Part shown: positions 35,478-48,105 of the stretch, one piece after another
Position numbering within the stretch: the first letter of the stretch is position 1
Layout: the number at the start of each line of letters is the position of its first letter
DNA from: Macrostomum lignano
Lineage: Eukaryota
NCBI GenBank assembly: GCA_002269645.1
Contig: NIVC01000019.1
Location: forward strand, 744,001-808,000
Direction: 5' to 3'
DNA: 64,000 nucleotides
Position numbers and translations under genes: made by a program
The notes under the pieces: generated by a model
Databases searched by the model: none
What the model was told of the DNA's origin: nothing
What the model saw: the letters and a program-made list of their open reading frames with translations, nothing else

Positions 35478-35735
35478 ACGAGACAAGGCGGGTGTGTTGA
35501 CTACCTTCGGCACTGATACTGGACCATCCCGACGCTGCCGCTTCGATTGTCGTCGATCACTTGTTGCTATGGCAACCGAACGCCGCTTCTTACCGGTGTT
35601 GCCGGCAGATGGCGAAGCGGTAGCTGGCGCGGCGTCAAGTCGCTGGCGTCCAACCTGGCTGCAGATGGCGGCCTCCTGCAGCCGGTCCAGCAGCTGCTTG
35701 CCCTGGCGACGCTCGTTGGTGTTCACTTCGAAGAC
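35478..35735 (-). CDS. ATAD5: ATAD5/ELG1, exon 3
   Basis: VFEVNTNERRQGKQLLDRLQEAAICSQV corresponds to the ATAD5 FEVNASSQRSGRQ motif; donor GTAAGT at 35477 (alternative phase-0 donor at 35504). Confidence 0.85.
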
Positions 35736-35865
35736 CTGGGTAATAAAAATAGCTGTACTTGCACAGACTATGCTACTTGCAGTAGACAAGAACTTTTAGC
35801 AAAAAAATTCTGCAAAGCGATTGTTTTCATTAGGACTATATCAATGGGTCTTAGAATACATCAAT

Positions 35866-36880
35866 CCTAAAATGAGTCAGTCCCAATGGGTCAACCCTAA
35901 AATGAGTCAGTCCCAATGGGTCAACCCTAAAATGAGTCAGTCCCAATGGGTCAACCCTAAAATGGGTCAGTCCCAATATGGGTCAACCCTAAAATGAGTC
36001 AGTCCCAATGGGTCAACCCTAAAATGAGTCAGTCCCAATGGGTCAACCCTAAAATGGGTCAGTCACAATATGGGTCAACCCTAAAATGAGTCAGTCCCAA
36101 TTTGGGTCAACCCGAAAATGGGTCAGTTCTAATATGGGTCAGTCCTAATATGGGTCAATCCTAATATGCGTCATTCCTGATATGGGTCAATTCTAGGAAG
36201 GGATCAGTCCTAACCTAATATGGGTCAATCCTAATAAGTCAGTCCTGATATGGGTCAATCCTAATATGGGTCAGTTCTAATGGGTCAGTTCTAATATGGG
36301 TCAGTCCTAATATGGGTCAATCCTAATATAAGTCAATCCTAATATGCGTCATTCCTGATATGGGTCAATTCTAGGAAGGGATCAGTCCTAACCTAATATG
36401 GGTCAATCCTAATAAGTCAGTCCTGATATGGGTCAATCCTAATAAGTCAGTCCTGATATGGGTCAATCCTAATATGGGTCAGTTCTAATGGGTCAGTTCT
36501 AATATGGGTCAGTCCTAATATGGGTCAATCCTAATATAAGTCAATCCTAATATGCGTCATTCCTGATATGGGTCAATTCTAGGAAGGGATCAGTCCTAAC
36601 CTAATATGGGTCAATCCTAATAAGTCAGTCCTGATATGGGTCAATCCTAATAAGTCAGTCCTGATATGGGTCAATCCTAATATGGGTCAGTTCTAATGGG
36701 TCAGTTCTAATATGGGTCAGTCCTAATATGCGTCATTCCTGATATGGGTCAATTCTAGGAAGGGATCAGTCCTAACCTAATATGGGTCAATCCTAATAAT
36801 TCAGTCCTGATATGGGTCAGTCCTGATATGGGTCAATCCTAATATGGGTCAGTTCTAATGGGTCAGTTCTAATATGGGTC
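35866..36880. repeat. Compound intronic minisatellite (about 30-bp CCTAAAATGAGTCAGTCCCAATGGGTCAAC, then about 16-bp GGGTCAATCCTAATAT)
   Basis: Fills most of ATAD5 intron 2. Confidence 0.9.
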
Positions 36881-36941
36881 CATTATAATATGGGGACACT
36901 TTAAACGCTTATTGAGTTTCGGGCCAAAGATGCGCACAGAC

Positions 36942-38219
36942 CTGCAGGCCCAGCTCGGCGGCCAGCGCATAGGCCAGGCAAGTCTTGCCCGGGCCCTCAA
37001 TCAGCGCCGCTTTCGCCTCCGCCTCATCGTCGCCGCTGTCGCTGTCATCGTCGTCATAGTAACTGTCCTCGTCTGAGCCGGACTCGGCAAAGCCTCGCCT
37101 TCGCCGGCGCTTCCTGGCCCGCTCGCGCCGGAGCAGCCTCTGCCGCCGATCCCAGCCGTGCAGCCAGTCAGCCAGCCGGCGCGGATCTTCGCCACCGTCG
37201 ACAATGTCGGCGACGCTTCTTGGCGCCAGCAGGTCGGCGAGTCCGCGCTGCCGAGTGTCGCCGCTACCGGTCGCGACTGTCAACGCCGATTTCAGCATCG
37301 AAAATCGACGATCGGCATCGGGCAAATCGGTGTCGACTTTGGCGACGGTGGCGGCGATTTCTGCGGCTCGAACGTCGGCGTCGGTTGACAGGCGAGCGAG
37401 ACGGACCGTTGCTAGGCAACCGGATCCGAGTTCGTCATCGTTGCTGCCCAGCAGGAACAAGCTGCGATCCGAAGGTTCGAAATCCGACTGCAGACTCGGT
37501 GGCTGGGCGGCGTCTTCCGCATCGAGCAGGCGAAATGAATAATCAGCAGCGTCACCGTTGCTAGGCAACGGTTGCCAGCCAACGTGAACATTCCAGTTGG
37601 CTGGCCAAGGACAGGCGAGGCCTTTAGTTGGAGCCGATTGCTTATCGCCCAGATTTGCCGCTGGCGCTGCCGACTTCTTCATCGCCGCTGGCCGAAAATC
37701 CGACGCGAAAAAGCGCGCCCGATCGGCGGCGCTCGGCGCCGGCTTCTTCGGCGGTGACGGCTCGGCCGGCTTCGTTGGCACTGACGGCATCGCGGTTGGA
37801 GAGGCTTGGGGTCGCCGGTGCCGGCGAGTCTGCGGCTGCTGAGTCGCCGGAGACGTTGTCGAATTTGACGGCAAGTCGTCTTTCCGCCGCTGTCGCGCCC
37901 GCCAGGTGGCCGGGTCGAACAGGGCGGCCATTTTGGTTGCCGCCGCCGCCGTCTGGGCCGGTTTGTTCTGTTCTGCTTTTTCTTCTTTTGCTGGGGGAGA
38001 ATTTTTTTGCCAGGTCGACTCGGCAACAGCCGACTGGAAAGTGTCGAATGTGATCTCTTCGATGTGGGCTGCGCGCGGCCGGTTGCATGTGGAATCCGCC
38101 GCTTGCCGCGGGGAGCAGCTGCTCTCATCGTCCGTGGAAGCGCCGCTGTCAGACTGGCAGCTCTCAGAAGCATCGCTGCTGCTGTTGCTGTCTGACGAGA
38201 TTAGACAGGCTTCTGTTGG
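36942..38219 (-). CDS. ATAD5: ATAD5/ELG1, exon 2
   Basis: Open 426-codon exon (acceptor TAAAAG|CCA, donor CAG|GTCTGT); ends ALIEGPGKTCLAYALAAELGLQ (Walker A region). Confidence 0.85.
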
Positions 38220-38295
38220 CTTTTAGCAAGAAGGTAAGAACGGGTGAAAGTAAATACCTCGTATCAGCAAGCAGTTTTTAGTACTTAAATAATAA

Positions 38296-39295
38296 TTGCT
38301 CACGTAGTCAACAACTCAATGGGGAATTGCTCACTTAGTCAACAACTCAATGGGGAATTGCTCACGTAGTCAACAATTCAATGGGGAATTGCTCACTTAG
38401 TCAACAATTCAATGGGGAATTGCTCACTTAGTCAACAACTCAATGGGGAATTGCTCACTTAGTCAACAATTCAATGGGGAATTGCTCACTTAGTCAACAA
38501 CTCAATGGGGAATTGCTCACTTAGTCAACAACTCAATGGGGAATTGCTCACTTAGTCAACAATTCAATGGGGAATTGCTCACTTAGTCAACAACTCAATG
38601 GGGAATTGCTCACTTAGTCAACAACTCAATGGGGAATTGCTCACTTAGTCAACAACTCAATGGGGAATTGCTCAATTAGTCAACAACTCAATGGGGAATT
38701 GCTCAATGGGGAATTGCTCACTTAGTCAACAACTCAATGGGGAATTGCTCACTTAGTCAACAACTCAATGGGGAATTGCTCACTTAGTCAACAACTCAAT
38801 GGGGAATTGCTCAATTAGTCAACAACTCAATGGGGAATTGCTCAATGGGGAATTGCTCACTTAGTCAACAACTCAATGGGGAATTGCTCACTTAGTCAAC
38901 AACTCAATGGGGAATTGCTCACTTAGTCAACAACTCAATGGGGAATTGCTCAATTAGTCAACAACTCAATGGGGAATTGCTCAATGGGGAATTGCTCAAT
39001 TAGTCAACATCTCAATGGGGAATGGCTCACTTAGTCAACAACTCAATGGGGAATTGCTCACTTAGTCAACAACTCAATGGGGAATTGCTCACTTAGTCAA
39101 CAACTCAATGGGGAATTGCTCAATTAGTCAACAACTCAATGGGGAATTGCTCAATGGGGAATTGCTCACTTAGTCAACAACTCAATGGGGAATTGCTCAC
39201 TTAGTCAAAAATTCAATGGGGAATTGCTCACTTAGTCAACAACTCAATGGGGAATTGCTCACTTAGTCAACAACTCAATGGGGAATTGCTCACTT
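38296..39295. repeat. 31-bp intronic minisatellite (GCTCACTTAGTCAACAACTCAATGGGGAATT)
   Basis: About 32 copies in ATAD5 intron 1. Confidence 0.95.
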
Positions 39296-39328
39296 GCACA
39301 AAAAACGAGTAAGCAATGGGGGACTCAC

Positions 39329-39625
39329 CAAATTGTCTTGCACCCTACTAGTTTGAGAGCCAAGCAGATCAAATGCAGCAACACTGGCGGCGGCTGTTGA
39401 CTCTTGCCTGACAGAATCTACATTGAGATGATCAGCTTTTGCATCAGGACTATGCAATGGACTCTGACTCTGAGTCATCAGAGAAGCTGGGACAGTATCT
39501 TCTTCATCCTCAATTATCACTATACATTCATTTGTCTTCTCTGGCTCTTGAGAAACTGAATGCACTGGAGCAGCACTGTTGGCCTTGTTGTTAGTGCGAT
39601 TAAAGAAGTCTGTTATGCTACGCAT
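39329..39625 (-). CDS. ATAD5: ATAD5/ELG1, exon 1
   Basis: MRSITDFF (PIP-box-like) and CIVIIEDEED (SIM-like), as expected for the Elg1 N-terminus; donor TTG|GTGAGT, 99 codons, phase 0, matching exon 2. Confidence 0.72.
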
Positions 39626-39675
39626 TGGTAGCTTAGCTGTAAATTAAATTATTGTTTGCTATCAAATAAACGATA

Positions 39676-40300
39676 ATCATCTCTCTACCTATAAAAATCA
39701 AAACTCTGTCTGTCTGTCTGTCTGTGTGTGGACAATTTTGATCGCTATGGACTCCCAAACCGCTCAACCAAATTACACCAAACTTTACACCCACCCTAAA
39801 CTTACTACGGAGAATGTCTTAGGCTACCTTTTAATTTCCTAAATTTGAGTCTTCCTACCTAAAAGTACAAAAAACTGCTCAAAATGCGCGATTTTTTCAC
39901 TTAATCCTCCATAGCGCCGCTCCACTTCTACCGATTCTCTTCAAATTTGACACAGATAATCTTTAACTATTTTGGCACAATTGTGTAAAATTTCGAGTCT
40001 CAAAGTCAATCCTGAGCGGTGCTGTGCACTTTTAAAGTTAGGCTGTTTTTTTCAGCGTAGCAACCACCCCAACCTCCGCCCGCCTGCCTCTCTTTCCCGA
40101 TCCCGATCTGGGCCCAGATGTGTAAAAGGGTTTCAAAATTGACTAACTTTCAGCTGCTATAAGTTTGCTCCACGTAAAGCGATTGACTCCCAACTTGACA
40201 CAATTCTTCATTGACTCATTCTCTATCTAAATGTAAAGTTTCAACTCTGTAACTCAACCGAAAAAGAAACTGTAAGCATGTGAAGTTTGTCTGCTTTTTC
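39676..40300 (+). mobile_element. Putative non-autonomous Helitron-like element
   Basis: 5' motif shared with 3040, (TCTG)n near the 5' end, then AACCGCTCAACCAAATTACACCAAACTT..GTCTTAGGCTACCTTTT, resembling invertebrate Helitron-like repeats. The 3' end was not found. Confidence 0.4.
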
Positions 40301-40839
40301 TGTTGTTTGTGCCACTCACTCACTCATTCCCCCAGAGCCAGACGAAGGGTCAGGCGATAGGACTGAATGTACATAGCAAATGTACAGTGTTTTGGAATAA
40401 CTTTTTTTATAGCCTTCTCGCACCCCAAGAGTGGAGAGGCTACGTTTAGCCATAACAGTTTAGTGAGAAATTCTAACCACTGCCCTCCTCTCTGTATTGG
40501 CAAACTCTGCAGCAGTTTAACAGTGGATGGCAATTGGCAAATCGAGGGAATCCAGCATGGTTTGTAAAAGCGAAAGATTTATGAAAAGGCGATGCGATGC
40601 AATGAAATACAACCCTAATAAATTAGGCACACCATGGACATTTTAAGTTTCTCTTAAAAGTACTTTAAAATTTAAATGGCCTCCTAAGAAATGCGTATTT
40701 CCTTGGTTGTTAGACTGATGCAAACTGCAGTAGAGCTGAAGATACACAAATTCCTTTCAGGGCTGCGAATTGGCAAGAAATATGACGTGATCAAAGCATG
40801 AGAACAACCATGTCAGTGGCCAGATAAAGAATCCAGCTT

Positions 40840-41615
40840 ATGGCTGAGGGGCAGATGAGAGTGGAAAGAAGGAATAGACGATTCGAAGAGAGGAGAAGCG
40901 AAAGAGGGGATAAAAGAAAATATAAAAGATAATAGGAGAGATGAGGGGGTGAGGACGATGAGAGAGAGGGGGAGAAGAGGGGAGAGAGGAAAAGCGAGAG
41001 AGAGTAGAGATGAGAGCAGAGAGCTGCAGATGAGAGGAGACAGCAGAGAGGAGAGCAGAGAGTTGACACAAAAGATTGACACAAAAAAGCTTGCGGCGCG
41101 AAAAAAAATCGTAGGCGCGAAAAAAATGGGCACTCCTCACTCCCACCACTGGGGAAGAGAGAAGAGATAAAGATACATCTCTACATCTCCAAGGTTGTAG
41201 AGATGAGAGAGGTGGAAGGAGAGATGAGAAATGAGAGATGAGAGATAAAGGAGAGAGGAGACTCGAGAGAGAGAAGAAAGGGAGAGAGAGTATAGAAAAG
41301 GGAAGAGAAGAGAAAAAAGTAAGGAGAAAGGAAAGTGAGGAGTCAAAAGAGGGGAAAGAAAAGAGTACAGAGGAGAGAGGTGAGAGAACATATAAGACTG
41401 AGATGCCAGATTAAAGAGGGGGATGAGAGAGCAGAGACGAGAGTGAACAGATGAAAGATGGGAGAGTAGAGAGAACAGAGAAGAGATAAGAGATTACGGA
41501 GACGAGAGGAGAGAAGAGAGACAAATGTAGAGAAGTGAGTGAGGAGAGAGGAGAGGAAAGAGGAGAATGGAGAGGGGAGAGAGTAGAGAGAGGAGGAGAG
41601 ATAAGAGAGAAAGAC

Positions 41616-41673
<58 letters not shown>

Positions 41674-42272
41674 CAGAGAGAAATGAGAAGAGATAAGAGA
41701 GAAAAGATAAAAGAAAAGAAAGGAAAGATGAAAGACCAAAGGCGAGAGAGAAAAAAGAGGTGAGGGAAGAGACGAGAGAAGAGGGGAGAGAGGAGAGAGG
41801 AAAGAAGAGATGAGAGGAGAGAGAGAGAGGAACGAGTAGAGAGGAGAGATGAGAGAGTAGAGGAGACAGTTAAGAGAAGAGAGAAAAGAATAGAGAGGAG
41901 AAGGAAGAGACGAGAGAAGAGGGGGAGAGGAGAGAGGAGAGGAGAGAGAAAAGAAGAGGGAAGAGATGAGATAAGAGAAATGAAAGAAAAGAGAGATGAG
42001 GGAAGATACGAGAAAAGATGGGAGAGGAGAGAGGAGAGGAGAGAGAAAACGAAAGAGTAGAGAGGAGAGAGGAGAGGAGAGAGAAAACGAAAAAGTAGAG
42101 AGGAGAGAGGAGAGGAGAGAGAAAAGAAGAGACATGAGATGAGATAAGAGAGATGAAAGAGAAGAGAGATGAAAGAGAAGAGAGATGAGGAAAGATACGA
42201 GAGAAGAGGGGAGAGATGAGAGAGGAGAGACGAGGGACGAGAGAGAAGAGAGGAAACAGAAGAGACGATAGA
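40840..42272. repeat. 1.4-kb polypurine (GA-rich) low-complexity tract
   Basis: Almost only G/A on the plus strand, with a pure (GA)n run at about 41622-41670. Confidence 0.9.
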
Positions 42273-43584
42273 AATTTTAAAGGATCCAAGGGACGTAGGG
42301 AGAGGCAGGGAGAGGCCAGAGTTTGCCCATACATGTTTTAGAGTCAGACAGACATTGCCTGACATTCTGCGCAGTACCCCAGACAACAATATCAATGTTT
42401 GCCTCAAATCCTAATTTTACACGAATGTGCTCCATTTTATGTCTACCTCTATCCTACTAACTATTAACAAGTTTTTGTTTGTGTATGGCCTTAGATTTCA
42501 GAATACATGCAAAAGTAGTTCCGGGTATTGGAATTCCCCGGGTTCAAAATCCGCGGGTTTCAACAGCTTGTTTAATATAAGTACTAATAATAAGCTCTTG
42601 GACATAGAAAAAAGTATAAAGCATTTCCCTTCATTCTAGTTAAACCTATTATAAAAAACAGCTGTATTATAATATACAGTTAAAATTTATTATATTAGGC
42701 CTAATATTGCTTTTATTATTAGCTTTTCATTTTTTATTATTAGTAGGTCAAATGAGTATCAATATAAAAAATATAGTGCTTTGCTATTTTTATTATATAA
42801 CAAGTATTAGGCCTACAAATTAAGAAAATGCTGAGTAAGGAAAATAGTAAATAATATTATAAACCTTAATATGTAGATTAGTAACTTTTAGGCTATTATT
42901 TTATAACTGTAACCTAGTGGCTAATGGTTAAAGCATTAAACTTATAACTAAAAGGCTAGAAGTTCAATTTTTAACCTATTTAGAAAATAAATATAAATTT
43001 AAAGCCAATAAAAAGGGAGAGAAAGCTACCCTTCTTCTTTGTAGCTAGCAATAATGGAACTTTGGCCTCAAAAAGGTCTTCAATGCATTCAGTTTGCTAA
43101 GTACAGCTCCTTTTTTGTCTATATTATGGTGTCTGTCTTGTCTATACATATTAGACTATACACTATGGTAATGGTAAGCCTACCTTTCTTGTGTATATTA
43201 TGGTAATCCCTCTTGTCTATACTATAGTACCCCTCTTATATTTTCATGTATACTATGGTACTCCCACTTTTATGGTTAAAACTCACCTAGGGAATACAAT
43301 CCGGGATCTAAGAATCCCAGGATTAGGCGTAAATCCTAGGATCACACTTGTCTGGGATTTGAAAATCTTAGGATTGACCATTTAGATTCTGATCCTAGTT
43401 TGCAGTAGTAATATCTATAGTTAAGCCCCTTGTTAGATGAAAATCCTAACCCAGTTATTGTGCTTTAATTTATTAATATTTTAAACATGTAGGCTAGCAA
43501 GAAGACTAGCACTATAAGGATACAAAACTGAAGCTATTGGCAGATCATAAGGAGATTTGTTATTTTAAAACCTTTATATAGAAC

Positions 43585-44114
43585 CATACATGCCCAACCT
43601 CAAAATTTCACCTGTCCAGTGCAACTTAGTTCCTCTTGATTGCGACTTAGTTCCTATCGATTGCAACTTAGTTCCTCTCGATTGCAACTTAGTTCCTCCC
43701 AATTGCAACTTAGTTTCTCCTAATTGAGACTTAGTTACTCCCAATTGCAACTTAGTTCCTCTCGATTGCAACTTAGTTTCTCTCAATTGCAACTTAGTTC
43801 CTCCTGATTGCAACTTAGTTCTCCTGATTGCGACTTAGTTCTACCTGATTGCGACTTAGTGCCTCCCAATTGCGACTTAATTTTGACTTTGTATGACTTT
43901 TCTTGCCTTTTTCTCTTTTCTTTTCTTTCTCTTTCTTTCTCCTCTTTCCCCTCTCTCTCTCTCTTCTCCCTCCTTTCTTTTCCTTTTCTCTTCCTCTCCT
44001 TTCTTTCTTCTCCCAATTTTTTGTTTTTGTGTTTTTGATTTTGCGACTTACCTTGGCCAATGGCCATTTCACCTGTCCAGTTTGGACAGGTTGGATGGGT
44101 GTTGGGCATGTATG
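43585..44114. mobile_element. 530-bp hAT-type MITE carrying a 21-bp minisatellite
   Basis: 14-bp TIR CATACATGCCCAAC; perfect 8-bp TSD TATAGAAC at 43577-43584 and 44115-44122; internal GATTGCAACTTAGTTCCTCTC repeats at about 43620-43880. Confidence 0.88.
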
Positions 44115-44964
44115 TATAGAACCTAAAGCAATAGAAGCCAATTCTTTAGTGTTTTTAATCACAATGCTATGGCTTTCCAGATGGGAATTAAATCATTGTT
44201 TATTTGAGCTTTTTCTATCTCAAACCTAGATAAAATCAGAGGTCTGAATCTTGTGCAGATTAAAAGCCCCCTATGCAAAAGACCTTATTCTTAGTAATTT
44301 TAGGACACCTTTTAGATGCCCAGCATAGGGATGATAGCAGAAATTTAAATATTGAAGCATATATTATAATAAAGCAAAACTTTTGAAGGTAGGGACTTTA
44401 AATAGTCCCTATTTTCAAAACTACTTAACCACAGTTAGGATTAAAATAGTGGGACATTGCTATCAGAGCATAACCTAAGCTATCAATTCTTTATCTAAAG
44501 CAGGGCATGTGGGTGCCCTTGAAAGAGTGATGTATATTCTAATCTCTTTCTATCGTAGTATTAGTACCTTGGGCTATAGCTCTAGGCCTATAAGTTATCA
44601 TTTCCTTGGTTATATTACAATCAAGTGTGATTTTCTTAAGCTAATATTAACATGTAAAAAAGCATGTCTATTATACTGGCCTATACATAACACTCTAATT
44701 CATGGTCAGTTTGGTCAGTTTTTTGTTAGCAAAATGTTATTTTGTTCTACTTTTATTATTGTTATTGAAGATGAAAGCAATTTAAAATTAGGTTGGATAG
44801 CTTTGTATATCAAAATTATTAGGCCTAGAACAAAGGGCATTCCTTTGGTTCCATCACCCCAAACAGTGACTGACGATCACCTTAAACATTGACGATCACT
44901 ACAAAAAACAGTTGTAAGACATAAAATCCATAGTTTCCAATGAAATGAAATCAAATATTGGCAA

Positions 44965-45390
44965 ACCAACTTTGTTTATTTCAAAAGATAGTAAGATTGT
45001 TATAGCACCTTATATTTTACCTTTGGTTTATAATTACCCAAATGTATGTTGCCCATTAAAATGATTGATTGTGATCCAAAGCTGGATATAAAAAAGTGTA
45101 CTAAGGGTTGACATCCTACAGCCAACTTTGGTCCACAATCATTTTAATAGGAAATGTACATTTGGATGATTGTAAACCAAAGGTGATATACATGTATAAG
45201 CTATTTAGCTCTAAGTTGCTACTTGAGTGGGACTTTTTAACACACTTTCCTATAGCCAGCTTTGATTTATGCTCATGATCATTTTAATGGGAAATGTATG
45301 TTTTGATGATTGTAAACCAAAGGTGATATATAAGCTACTAGTGAACCCATGTACAATCCTTTCAATTTCAAATAAACAAAGTTAGTTGAT
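44965..45390. repeat. Degenerate inverted-repeat element
   Basis: AACTTTGTTTATTTCAAA versus TTTCAAATAAACAAAGTT, plus internal inverted and direct copies of CATTTTAAT..GTAAACCAAAGGTGAT. Confidence 0.5.
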
Positions 45391-46948
45391 CAGCCAACTT
45401 TTGCTTTCTTTTCATTTGAAACTACTGTTGGTTTTTATGTCTTAGTTTTGAACACGCCATTTTTGCACTGCAGTAGGGCCTAAGCAAAATATTTTTTAAG
45501 GCTCATTCTAGATAAGATGGGCATATTTGGAAAATAGAAAGTCAATATTTTTGCTTGCCATTGCCTTATCAGCCAATTTTTTGCCAAACGTTTTAAATTT
45601 GTAATATATAAAATATAAGAATAAATGAACTGGAAAATGTTGGAATAGTATATTTATATGAATCAGTAAAATGTCATTTTTGTAAAAAATTGGACATTTT
45701 TATAAGCAAAAGATATCATTAAGTTTGTGTACCTTTTAAAAACAAATGAAAAGCTTTGGAAGGTTAAAACAAACTATAGATAAAATTATAGTACTTGCAT
45801 AATCAGATAAAAACATTAGTGACTATATAATCTATTATATTTTTAATACATTGGTACCTCAAGTCAAAGTTACTGAATTGATAGTAAAAAATGTTATGGC
45901 CATAAGGCTGCCTTTTCTTTTATATCTTTTCTGCCTTTGTGAGTTTATATATTTTAATAAAAGATTATGATTTCTGATGATGTTTTTGGTCAAATTTAAA
46001 AAAAAAATTATTGCAAAATATCATAAAAGAAAAATGTTATAAGACTTTACCTTTTAGTTTCTCATATTTCAAAAATAAAAAATCAGCTTAAAATGGCTTA
46101 AAATGTTTTTAAGCACTATTTTAACATCCTCAGTAAAACAAAACAATAGACAAGATTTTATTTCAAAATGGGTGAAGTGAAATAGGCGAATAGGTTTATG
46201 GGCAAAACAACCAGTTACCTATACCCTAATTAATTGCCTAGGCCCTACCCATTATTATATTATTGATATAAAAAGAAAAAGCAACAGGGCTAGTAAGCCT
46301 AGGTATAGGAGAGTTGAGAGACTAAGTGCAAACTTCGAAGGACAAGGAGCTTAGAACTAGGCCCTAGCCCCAGCCCCCTAGCCCCTAGGCCCTAGTGCAA
46401 AGAGAATTGTGTGCATTGCTTAGTTAGCATTTGTACATAACATGAGTCTTGGTATCTTGAGGCATCATTAATGGCGATGGTTCAAAATATGTAATATAAT
46501 GAGAACCCTTGCAGATAACAGTGAGTGCCAGTGTTCATGGTTCATAGCAGTGAAGTCAATATACAATATACAATACAATATGGTCTGTGGTTATGGTCAT
46601 TGTCAAGACTGTCCAGCAAGATTTTGCTCAGCCAGAAAATTATTTACTGGATTTAAACATGCTTAAAATACTTTAGGTTACCTAGTAGTACTAGTAGGGT
46701 CTAGCAGTAGTAGTAAGTTTGGCTCAGACAAAGAGCCTGTTTTGCCAATATGATTCGATGTATTTAATAGTTGTTCAAATAGTTGATTATTTTTACATGA
46801 TCGATGAATATGATTTTAATGAGTATATGCGTATAAGTAAGGTATTTAAAAAGAGTCTGGAATTTTTATGGTTTTTTCAAATGACTAACAACAGAACGAC
46901 AAGATTTTAAGTTGAAATAAAAAAACAGATACCGTTGATACATTGATG

Positions 46949-47372
46949 GGTAAAGTGTAAAAAGCTACCCAGTTACCCAAAAACGTTACCTTCAAATTGC
47001 ATTCAAAGAGCGCAATGAAATTGAAAATAACTTGCTATCACCTATGCAGCATAAATCATAGAATAATTATTCATAAAATATAGATGATGAGGCCAATAAA
47101 TGAGTGTTTAATTGCTGGGTAAGACATTACCCCAAAAACTTACCTCAATTACCCAGGGGGTTTACCGGTTTACACACGCTTACACAATGAAAAAATAAAA
47201 ATGCTCTTGTGATTTATTTTACCCATTCTATAAGCTTCTAACTTGCAATTGTAATTTGCACTAGACAAACGAAATCGAAATACAATATTATTTTCAATTT
47301 CATTGCGCTCTTTGAACGCAATTTGAAGGTAACGTTTTCCCCAAAAAACTGGGTAACTTTTTACACTTTACC
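46949..47372. mobile_element. MITE-like element with about 83-bp inverted arms
   Basis: 46949-47030 pairs with 47288-47372; no TSD identified. Confidence 0.7.
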
Positions 47373-47892
47373 AATTGAATGTGCAGCAATAACGATTCTT
47401 TTAAAATGCGATTCAAATTTAAAATACGATTAAAAAAAGGTAGTTAAAAATAATTCTGTCAATATAACAAATATTGGGTATAAGGATTGCTTTCAATAAT
47501 AGGCGATTTTTGTAAAAATTTGTTTTGTACCTAAACATGTCCAAACATGCTTCAAAATCAAACAAACTACAACAAACTCAGTTAAGGCTTGCTCACACGT
47601 CGTCACACTCACAATTCAGCTACTCACAGTAAAAAACTCAGCTACTCACAGTAAACAAAAGACCAAATAACAAATTTTGGACTATCGCACAACTTGTATA
47701 TTAAATTTGATTCCTCTGTACATTGGTCGTATAATTTAGTGGCTCATTTGACGGCAATAAAAAAATAGGTATTTAAAATGTGTTATAAAGCTTCAGCCAG
47801 CAGTCTATTTCCAGTTTGGCGCAATTTTAAATTCGATTTCTTACAAAAGTTCTAGCTATACTCTAGATAGTCTAGTATAAGTAAGGTCGGAA

Positions 47893-48105
47893 GTGCAAGG
47901 AGCTCTCGTCAACCACCAGCTCTCGTTTGTCAATCCTCAAGACCTCATCAAGGGGACATGGGTGCATTGTAAGGCAAAGTTCCAAGCTATGCATGGTACA
48001 AGCCAGGCCCTCTTTGAGTCACATCTTGAGGAATTCATGTGGCAGATTTGCAGAAGATATACCCACAAAACACCTTTGAAGATAGGACACTTTGTTATCC
48101 AATAG
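47893..48105 (+). pseudogene. Second, more degraded Merlin/ISXO2-like transposase fragment
   Basis: VNHQLSFVNP..KGTWVHCKAKFQAMHGTSQALFESHLEEFMW aligns with VNHRLHFVDP..EGTWAHAKRKICNMHGMSDALFDAHIEEFLW at 2194-2448. Confidence 0.75.

Noticed and set aside
41343-42407. Leu/Ser/Phe-rich membrane-like ORFs
   Set aside because: Translation of the CT-rich strand of a low-complexity tract.
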